57,988 bases of DNA, taken from an uncultured Campylobacterales bacterium (GTDB taxonomy: Bacteria; Campylobacterota; Campylobacteria; Campylobacterales; QNZT01). The stretch is from contig CAYUSV010000001.1 in NCBI GenBank assembly GCA_964447385.1, positions 1 through 57,988 on the forward strand, in the 5' to 3' direction. The notes under the pieces are model-generated. The model saw only the letters and a list, made by a program, of their open reading frames with translations, searched no databases and was not told where the DNA came from. Positions within the stretch are counted from its first letter, which is position 1; each line of letters begins with the position of its first letter. The translations under genes and the position numbers were made by a program. This document shows positions 36,306-45,653 of this stretch, piece by piece.

Positions 36306-37691
36306 ATGCAAAACTTTACAAATTTAGAGAGAATTGACCCATTAAAACGTGGATCAAATGAGCGAAAAAAAGATTATAATGAGATATATGATATTTTTAG
36401 AAAATCAGAAGCTTCATCACAAGCAGATCGGTGTGTTCAGTGTGGTGATCCATACTGTCACAACAAATGTCCTCTTCACAACTATATACCGCAGTGGCTA
36501 CGAAGTGTGGCTAAAAAAGATTTTGAATTTTCATTTAAACTCTCAAATGAGACAAATCCATTTCCAGAAATTACTGGTAGAATTTGCCCACAAGATAGGC
36601 TTTGTGAGGGAGATTGTACATTAGAGAGAGATGGATATGGAGCTATTACTATTGGTTCGATTGAGACTTATATCTCTGAAATGGGATTTAAAAAAGGTTT
36701 AAGGGTTGAATTTGCTGATAAAATAAGTGATAAAAAAGTAGCTATTGTTGGTTCTGGTCCGGCTGGGTTTTCATGTGCTACTTATCTACTAAGGGCAGGA
36801 ATAGGAGTTGAAATGTTTGAAAAAGCAAACAGACCAGGTGGGCTTTTGACATATGGAATTCCAAGCTTTAAGTTAGAAAAAGAGGTGGTTTTTAGAAGAT
36901 TTGATTTTCTTATAGATGCTGGAATGAAGTTAAATTTAAATGTTGAGGTTGGAAAAGATATTGATCTAAAAGATTTGATCGAAAATTATGATGCTGTTTT
37001 TATAGCAATTGGAGCTGAAAAATCAAAAAAAGCAAATCTTAGTGGCGAAAATAGTGAAAATGTATTTTTAGCTATAGATTTTCTAAAAAATATTCAACAA
37101 AAGAATTTTAAAGAGGTGTATGATAAAAATTTTGAGGTAACTGGTAAAAATGTTGTAGTTATTGGTGGTGGTGATACGGCTATGGATTGTATTAGGACTA
37201 GTCTTCGCGAGAGAGCAGCAAGTGTAAAGTGTCTTTATAGAAGAGATATGATGAACATGCCAGGGAGTAGAAAAGAGTTTAAAAATGCAAAAGAGGAGGG
37301 TGCAGAGTTTATTTTTAATGCTTCACCAAAAGAGATACTTTTAAATAGTGATGAGAAAGTAATAGGTATCGAAATGTATAAAACTTTTTTATCAAAAAAG
37401 GATGACTCAGGTAGACAGAGAGTTGAGATAATTGACAGTAGTGAGTATAGAGTAGATGCTGATATAATTATATTTGCTTTAGGTTTTGATCAGGTTAATC
37501 CAAATTTTCTATCAGAAAATGGGATACAGACAAACAGATGGGGTGAAATCTTGGCCGATGAAAACCAAGAATGTTCAAAAAAGTTTGTTTTTACTGGTGG
37601 GGATTGTTTTAGAGGAAGTGATCTTGTAGTAACGGCGGCAAATGATGGAAAAATTGCAGCTGAACAAATTGCGTTAAAGTTGTTAAAATAG
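36306..37691 (+). CDS. gltD: glutamate synthase small subunit (NADPH-dependent)
   Basis: 461 aa with N-terminal Fe-S Cys clusters (CVQCGDPYCHNKCP), GSGPAG and GGGDTAMDC. Confidence 0.95.
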   Translation: MQNFTNLERIDPLKRGSNERKKDYNEIYDIFRKSEASSQADRCVQCGDPYCHNKCPLHNYIPQWLRSVAKKDFEFSFKLSNETNPFPEITGRICPQDRLCEGDCTLERDGYGAITIGSIETYISEMGFKKGLRVEFADKISDKKVAIVGSGPAGFSCATYLLRAGIGVEMFEKANRPGGLLTYGIPSFKLEKEVVFRRFDFLIDAGMKLNLNVEVGKDIDLKDLIENYDAVFIAIGAEKSKKANLSGENSENVFLAIDFLKNIQQKNFKEVYDKNFEVTGKNVVVIGGGDTAMDCIRTSLRERAASVKCLYRRDMMNMPGSRKEFKNAKEEGAEFIFNASPKEILLNSDEKVIGIEMYKTFLSKKDDSGRQRVEIIDSSEYRVDADIIIFALGFDQVNPNFLSENGIQTNRWGEILADENQECSKKFVFTGGDCFRGSDLVVTAANDGKIAAEQIALKLLK

Positions 37692-37822
37692 AAAATTATA
37701 GCGAGTTTATAAATGCAACGATTGAAGCAAATCAAGAACTCTATAGATATATCTTAACAAATCAAAACCCAACTAATTTTGAGAGTAAAAGTATAGGTGC
37801 AGGTGGAGATATAAGTATCGCT

Positions 37823-38410
37823 ATGGATATAAAATGTGAGAGTGTTTTTATAAAATATCTTGAGCGTTTTGGACAAATTGACTCTGAAGAGTGTGGCTTA
37901 CATGGAGAGGGTGATTATAAAATTATTCTTGATCCTCTTGATGGTAGTAATAACTTTAAATCACACTTTCCATATTTTGGCTCTTCGGTTGCTTTGGAGT
38001 TAGAAGATGATGTAAAAGTTGGTATTATTACAAATTTTGCAGATGGGACACTCTTTTTAAAAACTAAAAGTTCATTTTTGTATACCAAACTCGATGTTAT
38101 TAAATTTAAAAAAATCAAATCAAATCCATATGCATGTATAGGAATTTTTGAAAGGGCTCAAACCTCTAAAAAATATCTTCCAAGATTGAAAAATAGTGGA
38201 TATAAATATCGCTCTCCAGGTGGCGTTGCGCTCTCATTGGCATATGCAAATCAAGTACAGTTTTTTATATATGAGGGAGAGATGCGCAAGTACGATATAT
38301 GTGCTGGAATGTTTATGTGCCAAGATCTTTATCAGCATAAAGAAAAGGATTTAACGCTAATATGCAATCAATTAAATCATTTTGAAAATTTAATTCATAT
38401 TTTGACATAA
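37823..38410 (+). CDS. inositol monophosphatase family phosphatase (SuhB/CysQ-like); true start probably upstream
   Basis: SEECG and [10 protein letters not shown] metal-binding motifs. The frame is open back to 37664, and the upstream in-frame peptide (...[15 protein letters not shown]) aligns with the conserved IMPase N-terminal D-x2-T/S-x2-D-x3-E block. The first canonical start (ATG 37823) therefore truncates a conserved region. Confidence 0.75.
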   Translation: MDIKCESVFIKYLERFGQIDSEECGLHGEGDYKIILDPLDGSNNFKSHFPYFGSSVALELEDDVKVGIITNFADGTLFLKTKSSFLYTKLDVIKFKKIKSNPYACIGIFERAQTSKKYLPRLKNSGYKYRSPGGVALSLAYANQVQFFIYEGEMRKYDICAGMFMCQDLYQHKEKDLTLICNQLNHFENLIHILT

Positions 38411-38421
38411 GAGGTATTATC

Positions 38422-39360
38422 ATGAACTTTGGTGATATGTTTAAAAGTTTTAGAAAATCACAACCAACAGATGAAGAGGCTCCAAGCCATTGGATAAAAT
38501 GTCCACAATGTAACTCATTGATGTATTATAAAGAGGTTGAAAATCTCTTTCATGTCTGTCCTAAATGTCAACATCACATGAGAATTGGTCAAGAGGTGCG
38601 AATTGAATTACTTGCAGATAAGGGGAGTTTTGTTGAGTTTGATAAAGCTTTATCACCTGTTGATCCACTAAAATTTGTAGATAAAAAATCGTATAAAAAA
38701 AGAGTAATTGAGGCTGAGAAAAAGACAGGTAAAAAATCATCTGTAGTTTCAGGAGAGTGTACGATTGAGGGGATTCCTACACAATTAGTTGTTTTTGATT
38801 TTAAGTTTATGGGTGGGAGTTTAGGCTCTGTTGAGGGTGAAAAAATTGTACGAGCTGCTCATCGTGCAATCGAGAAAAAACATGCATTTATTATCGTTAG
38901 TGCTAGCGGTGGAGCTAGGATGCAGGAGAGTACTTTTTCTCTTTTGCAAATGTCAAAAACTTCAGCAGCTCTTAAGAGAGTTTCGCAAAATGGCTTACCG
39001 TTTATCTCGATATTGACTGATCCAACGATGGGTGGAGTTAGTGCCTCTTTTGCAATGCTTGGAGATATTATCATAGCAGAACCTGGAGCGCTTATTGGAT
39101 TTGCTGGACAAAGAGTGATAGAACAGACAATTGGGACAAAGTTGCCTGAGGGTTTTCAAAGGGCTGAATTTTTGCTCTCACACGGTTTTTTAGATATGGT
39201 GGTAAAAAGAGAAAATATGAAAAAGACTGTCTCAGATTTGTTATACTTTTTCGATGCAAAAATCGCTAACTCTAAAAGAGATATAAAACATGTTGGCAGA
39301 AGAAGAGATGATTTTGTTGAAGATGACTCTTCCAATCTTGCAATAGGGACAGATGCATAA
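38422..39360 (+). CDS. accD: acetyl-CoA carboxylase carboxyltransferase beta subunit
   Basis: 312 aa with an N-terminal Zn ribbon (CPQC...CPKC) and the FMGGSLG block. Confidence 0.95.
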   Translation: MNFGDMFKSFRKSQPTDEEAPSHWIKCPQCNSLMYYKEVENLFHVCPKCQHHMRIGQEVRIELLADKGSFVEFDKALSPVDPLKFVDKKSYKKRVIEAEKKTGKKSSVVSGECTIEGIPTQLVVFDFKFMGGSLGSVEGEKIVRAAHRAIEKKHAFIIVSASGGARMQESTFSLLQMSKTSAALKRVSQNGLPFISILTDPTMGGVSASFAMLGDIIIAEPGALIGFAGQRVIEQTIGTKLPEGFQRAEFLLSHGFLDMVVKRENMKKTVSDLLYFFDAKIANSKRDIKHVGRRRDDFVEDDSSNLAIGTDA

Positions 39361-39916
39361 GATTTACGCCCTTTTTGATTTTGAATTAAATCAAAAAAAA
39401 AGGCTTTCTCTTGAGGCATTTGCCTTACTTGCAAATAGAAAAAAAGCTATCTATCTACAATATCGTGACAAAGTAAATTCCCAAAAAATTAAAATAGAAA
39501 ACCTTAAAATATTACAAAGCGCTTATAATGGTAAATTAATTATAAATGATAATATTTCACTTATTGACTATTGTGATGGTTTACATGTTGGACAAGAGGA
39601 TCTTTATACTTTTTCAAAAGATCCTCTTAAAGCAATAGAGCTAATTCGTAAGACTATTGGAGATAAGTTATTGGGTCTTTCTACTCACAATGTAGAGGAG
39701 ATTATGACAGCTAACTCTTTAAAAATTGACTATATTGGTTTAGGGGCTTTTAGAGATACAAGTACAAAAGATGTATCTATGGTTTTAGGTAAATCTTTAT
39801 CTGAGGTAGCATCTTATTCAAAACATAAAGTTGCAGCTATTGGTGGAGTAAGAATTGATGATAAAATTAAACATGTTGATTTTTTAGTATTGGGATCTAA
39901 TATTTATGAAGATTAA
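39353..39916 (+). CDS. thiE: thiamine-phosphate synthase family protein
   Basis: 187 aa with [22 protein letters not shown] and AAIGGV blocks of the TMP-TENI fold. It is shorter than typical ThiE. Confidence 0.65.
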   Translation: MHKIYALFDFELNQKKRLSLEAFALLANRKKAIYLQYRDKVNSQKIKIENLKILQSAYNGKLIINDNISLIDYCDGLHVGQEDLYTFSKDPLKAIELIRKTIGDKLLGLSTHNVEEIMTANSLKIDYIGLGAFRDTSTKDVSMVLGKSLSEVASYSKHKVAAIGGVRIDDKIKHVDFLVLGSNIYED

Positions 39917-40361
39917 TGTCTATTGTATTGAAAAAAATAGAAGTGATGATTTTTCAAAATTAATACAAAACTATAAGAAAATGATACAAAAATATGCACA
40001 AATTGAAGAAATTACTGTTTTTAATAAAAAAATTGCATCGGCACAAAATAGAGATGCTATAATAGCCAAAGAGTCCTACACGGAAGCGTTTATACCTTTT
40101 ATGAATGGGTACAACATCGCATTAGATCCTAATGGGCGTCAAATGGATAGCTTTGAATTTAGTAAAAATTTTGATACAATCGCCTCTTTAAATTTTTTTA
40201 TTGCTGGTGCTTATGGATTTGATGAGCAATTTTTAAAAAAATGTAACAAGGTTATTAGTTTAAGCAAAATGACTTTTAGTCATAAAATTGCAAAGGTTGT
40301 TTTGTTTGAGCAACTTTTTAGAGCTTTAAGTATAATAAACAATCACCCTTATCACAAATAG
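39906..40361 (+). CDS. rlmH: 23S rRNA (pseudouridine1915-N3)-methyltransferase
   Basis: 151 aa of SPOUT family, with a C-terminal FSHKIAKVVLFEQLFRALSIINNHPYH block. Confidence 0.8.
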   Translation: MKINVYCIEKNRSDDFSKLIQNYKKMIQKYAQIEEITVFNKKIASAQNRDAIIAKESYTEAFIPFMNGYNIALDPNGRQMDSFEFSKNFDTIASLNFFIAGAYGFDEQFLKKCNKVISLSKMTFSHKIAKVVLFEQLFRALSIINNHPYHK

Positions 40362-40378
40362 GGGCAAAAGGAGAGAGA

Positions 40379-40729
40379 ATGCAGGATAATGAGTATGATA
40401 TTTTAAAACAAGAGCTTGAAGATAGAAAAACTAAGATATTGAAAATTGTAAATGATAATGAAAAAGAGATCAAAGCTTTAAGTTCTGCAGATACAAGTGA
40501 TGAGGCAGATCACGCAACAATTAGCACAGATAGTGCAATTGGGCAGGCTATCAGTAATCAACATCTCAATGAATTAAAAGAGATTGAGTATGCACTATTT
40601 AAAATCGAAAACAAAACATATGGCATTTGTGAAATGTGTGAAGAGCCTATTGGCATACAGAGACTAAAAGTGAAACCACAGGCAAAATACTGTATAGTTT
40701 GCAGAGAGATTGTTGAAAAAACCTCTTAA
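40379..40729 (+). CDS. DksA/TraR family C4-type zinc-finger protein
   Basis: 116 aa with a coiled-coil N-terminal half and CEMCEEPI...CIVC. Confidence 0.8.
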   Translation: MQDNEYDILKQELEDRKTKILKIVNDNEKEIKALSSADTSDEADHATISTDSAIGQAISNQHLNELKEIEYALFKIENKTYGICEMCEEPIGIQRLKVKPQAKYCIVCREIVEKTS

Positions 40730-40741
40730 AAAGGAGTTTTA

Positions 40742-41746
40742 ATGGGTCTAAAAAATTATGTTGTTTTTGGTCTAATTTTATTAATTGCTATAGGTGTTTT
40801 TACTTATAGCTTTATAGGGGAGTATTACTCTTTTGCAATAGCTGGAATTACGGTAAATTTACCGATAGCCGTTTGGATTGTACTCCCAGCACTTGTACTC
40901 TATATTTTTACAGTTGTACATTTGATATTTTTTGGAACAGTTGGATATGCACGTATGCGAAGAATACGCAAAGACAGTGAAAAATTTTTACAAAATTCTA
41001 AAAATGCTCTTTTAGGGAAAATGGTAGATACAGAGTATAAAAGTGATATGTTTAAACTTCCCGGCGTTATACTTCCTTTGCTAAATATTGATCCAAAACG
41101 CTACGCAGACCATAGAGCATATGATGATGGTATTCAAGATATACTTGATGTAAAAAGAAAGATAGATGAGGGAGAAGTGTTGGAGCTTGGCTCTTTCTCA
41201 CTAAGAGAGGATAATGCTCTAGTTTTAAAAAATCATCTTAATAGACTTGCAATTGATCCAACTTATGCGGAGACGATTTTAAGAAGATGTACAGATAAGA
41301 GTTTATGTCAAAAAGCACGTTTAGCTCTGGTCTCTTATGCTTCTGTAGAAGAGATAGATAAGTTTAATATAGAACCAAATAGGGTGATTTTTGATGTTTT
41401 AATTGATAGAATTGGTGCGAAAAAGAATCATTTAGATTTTTCTGATGATGAAATTATAGCTTACATTAAAAAGCTAGAGTTTTCAAGTGATGATTTTATA
41501 AAATTAGCTAAAAAATTAAAAACCAAATTAAATCCAGATAGATTGATAATGCTTTTTGAAAGAATTGCACATGAGTTTCCGTCTGAAGCTGGTGAAAGTT
41601 ATCTTTATGTCATGTTTGAACTTCAAATGATGGATCACGCAAGAGATTTTCTCGAAAATTCTACAGAAGACGAGTATAAAAAATTTAAATACATGCTCTT
41701 TTTGAAAGACAACGGCAAAAACTTTGATACAGAACTATTTATATAA
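40742..41746 (+). CDS. membrane-anchored hypothetical protein
   Basis: 334 aa with two N-terminal TM helices followed by a soluble helical domain. No recognisable motif. Confidence 0.5.
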   Translation: MGLKNYVVFGLILLIAIGVFTYSFIGEYYSFAIAGITVNLPIAVWIVLPALVLYIFTVVHLIFFGTVGYARMRRIRKDSEKFLQNSKNALLGKMVDTEYKSDMFKLPGVILPLLNIDPKRYADHRAYDDGIQDILDVKRKIDEGEVLELGSFSLREDNALVLKNHLNRLAIDPTYAETILRRCTDKSLCQKARLALVSYASVEEIDKFNIEPNRVIFDVLIDRIGAKKNHLDFSDDEIIAYIKKLEFSSDDFIKLAKKLKTKLNPDRLIMLFERIAHEFPSEAGESYLYVMFELQMMDHARDFLENSTEDEYKKFKYMLFLKDNGKNFDTELFI

Positions 41747-41759
41747 TTAGGTAAAAGTT

Positions 41760-42689
41760 CTGATAGATTTTTCCAAAAAAGATATTATTATTTTAGCTCC
41801 GCTTGCTGGATATACAGATTTGCCATTTAGGTCTGTTGTTAAAAAGTTTGGTGTTGATGTAACATTTTCGGAGATGATTAGTGCAAATGCACTTGTTTAT
41901 AACTCAAAAAAAACTTTCAAAATGTTAGAAAAATCTCCACAAGAGACTCCATATATAGTTCAAATTGCTACAAGTGATCCACAGGTTGCAAAAAAAGCGG
42001 TAAGGGTTTTAAATGAGATAGAGGGAATTGATGGAATTGATTTAAATTGTGGCTGTCCTGCACCCAAGGTTGTTGGTCAAAATTGTGGCTCATCTTTGCT
42101 CAAAGATCTCTCGTTGATGGCTAAAATTGTTGAGAGTATTAAAACTCACTCAAATAAAAAATATGTTAGCGTAAAATCAAGACTTGGTTTTGATGAAAAA
42201 TATCCTGAATCTATAGCAAAAGCTTGTGAAAATGCTGGTGCTGATTTTGTTACATTTCACGGCAGGACAAGAAAAGGACGATATAAGGCACAAATTGATT
42301 ATGATGCGATTAAGATAGCAAAAGAGTCTGTCGATATACCGGTAATTGCAAATGGTGACATCATTTCACTTGAAATTGCAAATTATGTCAAAAGTTATAC
42401 CAAATGTGATGGTATTATGATTGGGCGTGGGGCAATCGGTAATCCATGGCTCTTTTATCAGATAAAAAATAATTTAAAGAGTGTGGAAAAAGATAAGATA
42501 AAAGAGATTGTATTAGAGCATTTTGAAGCGATGATTAATTTTTATGGCGAGATTGGAGTTGTTATCTTTAGAAAGCATCTACATACTTACTCAAAATCTA
42601 TGCCAAATGCTTCAGAATTTAGAGATAAGATTAATAGAATTGATGATAAAAGTCTAATGGGAAATGAGATTGAAGTCTTTTTTGGTTAG
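41760..42689 (+). CDS. tRNA-dihydrouridine synthase
   Basis: The conserved Dus N-terminus, (L/M)IDFSKKDIIILAPLAGYTDLPFR, lies upstream of the track's TTG start (41820). The frame opens at 41751, and the only plausible start is CTG at 41760, 8 nt after AGGT. Catalytic-region blocks NCGCP and HGRT are present. Confidence 0.8.
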   Translation: MIDFSKKDIIILAPLAGYTDLPFRSVVKKFGVDVTFSEMISANALVYNSKKTFKMLEKSPQETPYIVQIATSDPQVAKKAVRVLNEIEGIDGIDLNCGCPAPKVVGQNCGSSLLKDLSLMAKIVESIKTHSNKKYVSVKSRLGFDEKYPESIAKACENAGADFVTFHGRTRKGRYKAQIDYDAIKIAKESVDIPVIANGDIISLEIANYVKSYTKCDGIMIGRGAIGNPWLFYQIKNNLKSVEKDKIKEIVLEHFEAMINFYGEIGVVIFRKHLHTYSKSMPNASEFRDKINRIDDKSLMGNEIEVFFG

Positions 42690-42717
42690 AATTTATTAAA
42701 ATTTTTAAGGGGAATAT

Positions 42718-43011
42718 ATGCCAAGAGAAGATGTGTTTTTGAACGATGACGATTTGTTTGGAGGAACGCCAACGAAAAAGTATTTTGATATTTTATTTAA
42801 TGCAAATAGAAATTTGGTGGAGTATTATTTAACACAAAATTTAGAAAAAATAGCCGTTTTAGAGCATCTGCTTGAGGAAAAGATGGATGAAGATATTGAT
42901 CTTGAAAAGATTGTTAGAAATTTTGCAATCAATAATCCAGAAATTATAGAGAAGAAACTTACAGATCTATATATAAGTGACATGGGAAATATTCTATCTC
43001 AAAATGAGTAA
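42718..43011 (+). CDS. acidic hypothetical protein
   Basis: 97-aa ORF with AAGGGGAA SD upstream and no recognisable motif. Confidence 0.45.
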   Translation: MPREDVFLNDDDLFGGTPTKKYFDILFNANRNLVEYYLTQNLEKIAVLEHLLEEKMDEDIDLEKIVRNFAINNPEIIEKKLTDLYISDMGNILSQNE

Positions 43012-43429
43012 AATTGGGGCTGTTTTACTCATTTGTCTCTTTTTAAACAGTAAGATTTTGGCAAATTGGGATTATAGCCATAGTTTCAAGTTAAAAAAAG
43101 ATGAAATTGCTACAATATCAGTTATTAAAAAAGATTATAAAACTAGATCAAAGCTTGATGGGAAGGTTAAATTTAGATGGACCCTTTATCATAATGATCT
43201 TTTAGTTTTATTAGTTGATTATGAAGGATTTAAAACCCAGTATGTACTTAAAAAAGAGTCCAAAAGAGATACAGTAACTGTAAATCTTATGGGTGATTAT
43301 GCAAGAGTTGATCAAAAAGTTTTTTTAGTCATAAAATTTATTGATTTTGATAATAATATAGCGACTATAGATGCTAACATAAGAGATCCAAAAAAAAGAG
43401 TTGAAGTGATATATAAAAATAAAAGGTAG
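43004..43429 (+). CDS. secreted hypothetical protein
   Basis: The ATG at 43004 gives MSKIGAVLLICLFLNSKILA, a signal peptide. It overlaps the previous stop by 8 nt. Confidence 0.5.
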   Translation: MSKIGAVLLICLFLNSKILANWDYSHSFKLKKDEIATISVIKKDYKTRSKLDGKVKFRWTLYHNDLLVLLVDYEGFKTQYVLKKESKRDTVTVNLMGDYARVDQKVFLVIKFIDFDNNIATIDANIRDPKKRVEVIYKNKR

Positions 43430-43434
43430 GTAGT

Positions 43435-44325
43435 TTGGAAGAGATAGAGGTGTTGATAGAAAACTTCATAAAAGAGGTTGACGCCCAAGCATTAGAGCTA
43501 TATAGTAAAATTTCAAAAGGTAAAAGAGTTAGAGCTAAGTTAATTTTAAAGATTGCTGGAGTTACAAAAGAGTCTAAGAAACTTGCAGCGGTTGTAGAGA
43601 TGATCCACGCAGCAAGTCTTTTACATGATGATGTTATTGATAACTCTTTAACAAGAAGAGGAAGTAAATCAATTAATGCTCTTTATGGTGATAAAACAGC
43701 AATTATGCTTGGAGATATACTCTACTCCAAAGGTTTTTTAGAACTTGTTGATTTTGATGAAAAAATTGCAAAATCGATCTCTGATGCAGTTGTTAAACTC
43801 TCTATTGGCGAAATGATGGATGTAAATTTATCACAGCAGATTAATTTTGATGAGAAACTATATTTTGATATGATATATAAAAAAACTGCTGTCTTAATCG
43901 AAGCTACGGCCATGTGTGCGGCGTTTTTAAGCTCAAAAAATATGGAAGCTTATGCTCTTTATGGTAAAAATCTTGGTCTTGCTTTTCAGATAATTGACGA
44001 TGTACTAGATATCACTACAAGTGATGAGAAATTTGGTAAGCCAACTTTAGTAGATTTTAAAGAGGGTAAAACAACATTACCATATATTTATCTTTTTCAA
44101 TCACTAAATGGTGATGACACCGTTAAGCTTAAAGATTTTTTTAAGCAAGAGTTGAGTGAAGAAGATGGTTTGTGGATTAAAACAAAAATGAAGGAGACAG
44201 GAGCAGTTATGAGATCAATAGAACTTGCACAAAAATTAGGCTTTCAAGCTTTAAATGCTATAAAGGATGATAAAAACAGCGATCTTGAAAGAGTTATAAA
44301 AGATATGATAGAGAGGGATTTTTAA
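43435..44325 (+). CDS. polyprenyl diphosphate synthase (long-chain, IspB-like)
   Basis: 296 aa with a TTG start after AGGTAGG. The first and second Asp-rich motifs are LLHDDVID and IIDDVLD. Confidence 0.85.
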   Translation: MEEIEVLIENFIKEVDAQALELYSKISKGKRVRAKLILKIAGVTKESKKLAAVVEMIHAASLLHDDVIDNSLTRRGSKSINALYGDKTAIMLGDILYSKGFLELVDFDEKIAKSISDAVVKLSIGEMMDVNLSQQINFDEKLYFDMIYKKTAVLIEATAMCAAFLSSKNMEAYALYGKNLGLAFQIIDDVLDITTSDEKFGKPTLVDFKEGKTTLPYIYLFQSLNGDDTVKLKDFFKQELSEEDGLWIKTKMKETGAVMRSIELAQKLGFQALNAIKDDKNSDLERVIKDMIERDF

Positions 44326-45653
44326 TGCACTACTTAACACTAAGTTATACACATAAAAATACTTCTATAAAAACGAGAGAAAAGTTAGCGTTTGATGGTA
44401 AAGAGAGTCTAAAAAAATTTTATGAAAAGATTCTTATGATTAGTGATGTAAATGAGTTATTAATTATATCAACATGCAATAGAGTTGAAATAATTGCAAG
44501 TGTAAAACAGACTGAAGGAATTGCTGAAATTTTGTTACATGAGCTTGTAAAAGATAACGATCTTTTAGAAAATGAGCTTGAAGATAAGGGAGAATTACAC
44601 AAAGATATTGATGCAGTTCACCATCTTTTTAAAGTTATTTCATCATTAGATAGCGTTGTAATAGGAGAAACACAAATAGTCTCACAAGTTAAAGATGCAT
44701 TTGCTTTCTCTTATGATAATGGTTATAGTGGGCAAAAGATTGCAAGAATTATGCATAATGCTTTTAGATGTTCAGCGGCTGTTCGAAGTTCTACTGATAT
44801 CTCGAAAAACCCAGTTTCAGTAGCTAGTGTTGCTGTAGCAAAAGCGAAAGAAGTTTTTGGTGGAAACTTAGGTGGATATACAGCTGTTGTTGTAGGTGTA
44901 GGCGAGATGGGAGAGTTGGCTGCTAAACATTTAGCAAAAGCTGGTGCGAATATTATTTTAGTCAATAGAGATATAGAAAAGGCACACCACTTAGCGCAGA
45001 TGATTGACAATGTGACTGTTACGGTTGAGCCTTTTTCTGAGCTAAAAAATCTTGTTAACCATTATAGATTGCTTTTTAGTGCCACAGGAGCACCATCTGC
45101 TATAATCACTGATGAAATCGTAGAAAATGTATCGTTTCAAAGACATTGGTTTGATATAGCAGTACCAAGAGATATAGCAGAGTGCACATGTAAAAATATA
45201 CAGCTTTATTCGGTTGATGATTTAAAAGGTATTATGGATGAAAATATCAAACAAAGAGAGGAGAGTGCTGAAGCTGCATATAAGATAGTAGCAAAGTTTA
45301 CGGAAGATTTTTTTAAATGGTTGCAAACGCTTTCAGTTGACCCTCTCATAAAAGAGATAAGAGAGATGGCAAAAGAGTGTAGTGTAAATGAGATTCAAAA
45401 AGCGATAAAAAAAGGTTATATTGATCCAGCTTTAGAAGATCAAGTAGCAAAGATTTTACATCAGGCGTTTAATACATTTTTACACCAACCTACATTAAAA
45501 CTTAAAAATATTGCAGAACAACCCCAAGCTGATACTGTCGTACAATCAATTCAACTTGTTTTTGGTCTTAATGCCAAACAGAGAAAAGCTATTAATACAT
45601 ACAAATGTGATTATCAAATAGAGAAAGATTTGCAAAAAAAGGATAAAGCTTGA
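44325..45653 (+). CDS. hemA: glutamyl-tRNA reductase
   Basis: 442 aa with STCNRVE (active-site Cys), GETQI and GVGEMGE NADPH motifs. Confidence 0.95.
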   Translation: MHYLTLSYTHKNTSIKTREKLAFDGKESLKKFYEKILMISDVNELLIISTCNRVEIIASVKQTEGIAEILLHELVKDNDLLENELEDKGELHKDIDAVHHLFKVISSLDSVVIGETQIVSQVKDAFAFSYDNGYSGQKIARIMHNAFRCSAAVRSSTDISKNPVSVASVAVAKAKEVFGGNLGGYTAVVVGVGEMGELAAKHLAKAGANIILVNRDIEKAHHLAQMIDNVTVTVEPFSELKNLVNHYRLLFSATGAPSAIITDEIVENVSFQRHWFDIAVPRDIAECTCKNIQLYSVDDLKGIMDENIKQREESAEAAYKIVAKFTEDFFKWLQTLSVDPLIKEIREMAKECSVNEIQKAIKKGYIDPALEDQVAKILHQAFNTFLHQPTLKLKNIAEQPQADTVVQSIQLVFGLNAKQRKAINTYKCDYQIEKDLQKKDKA

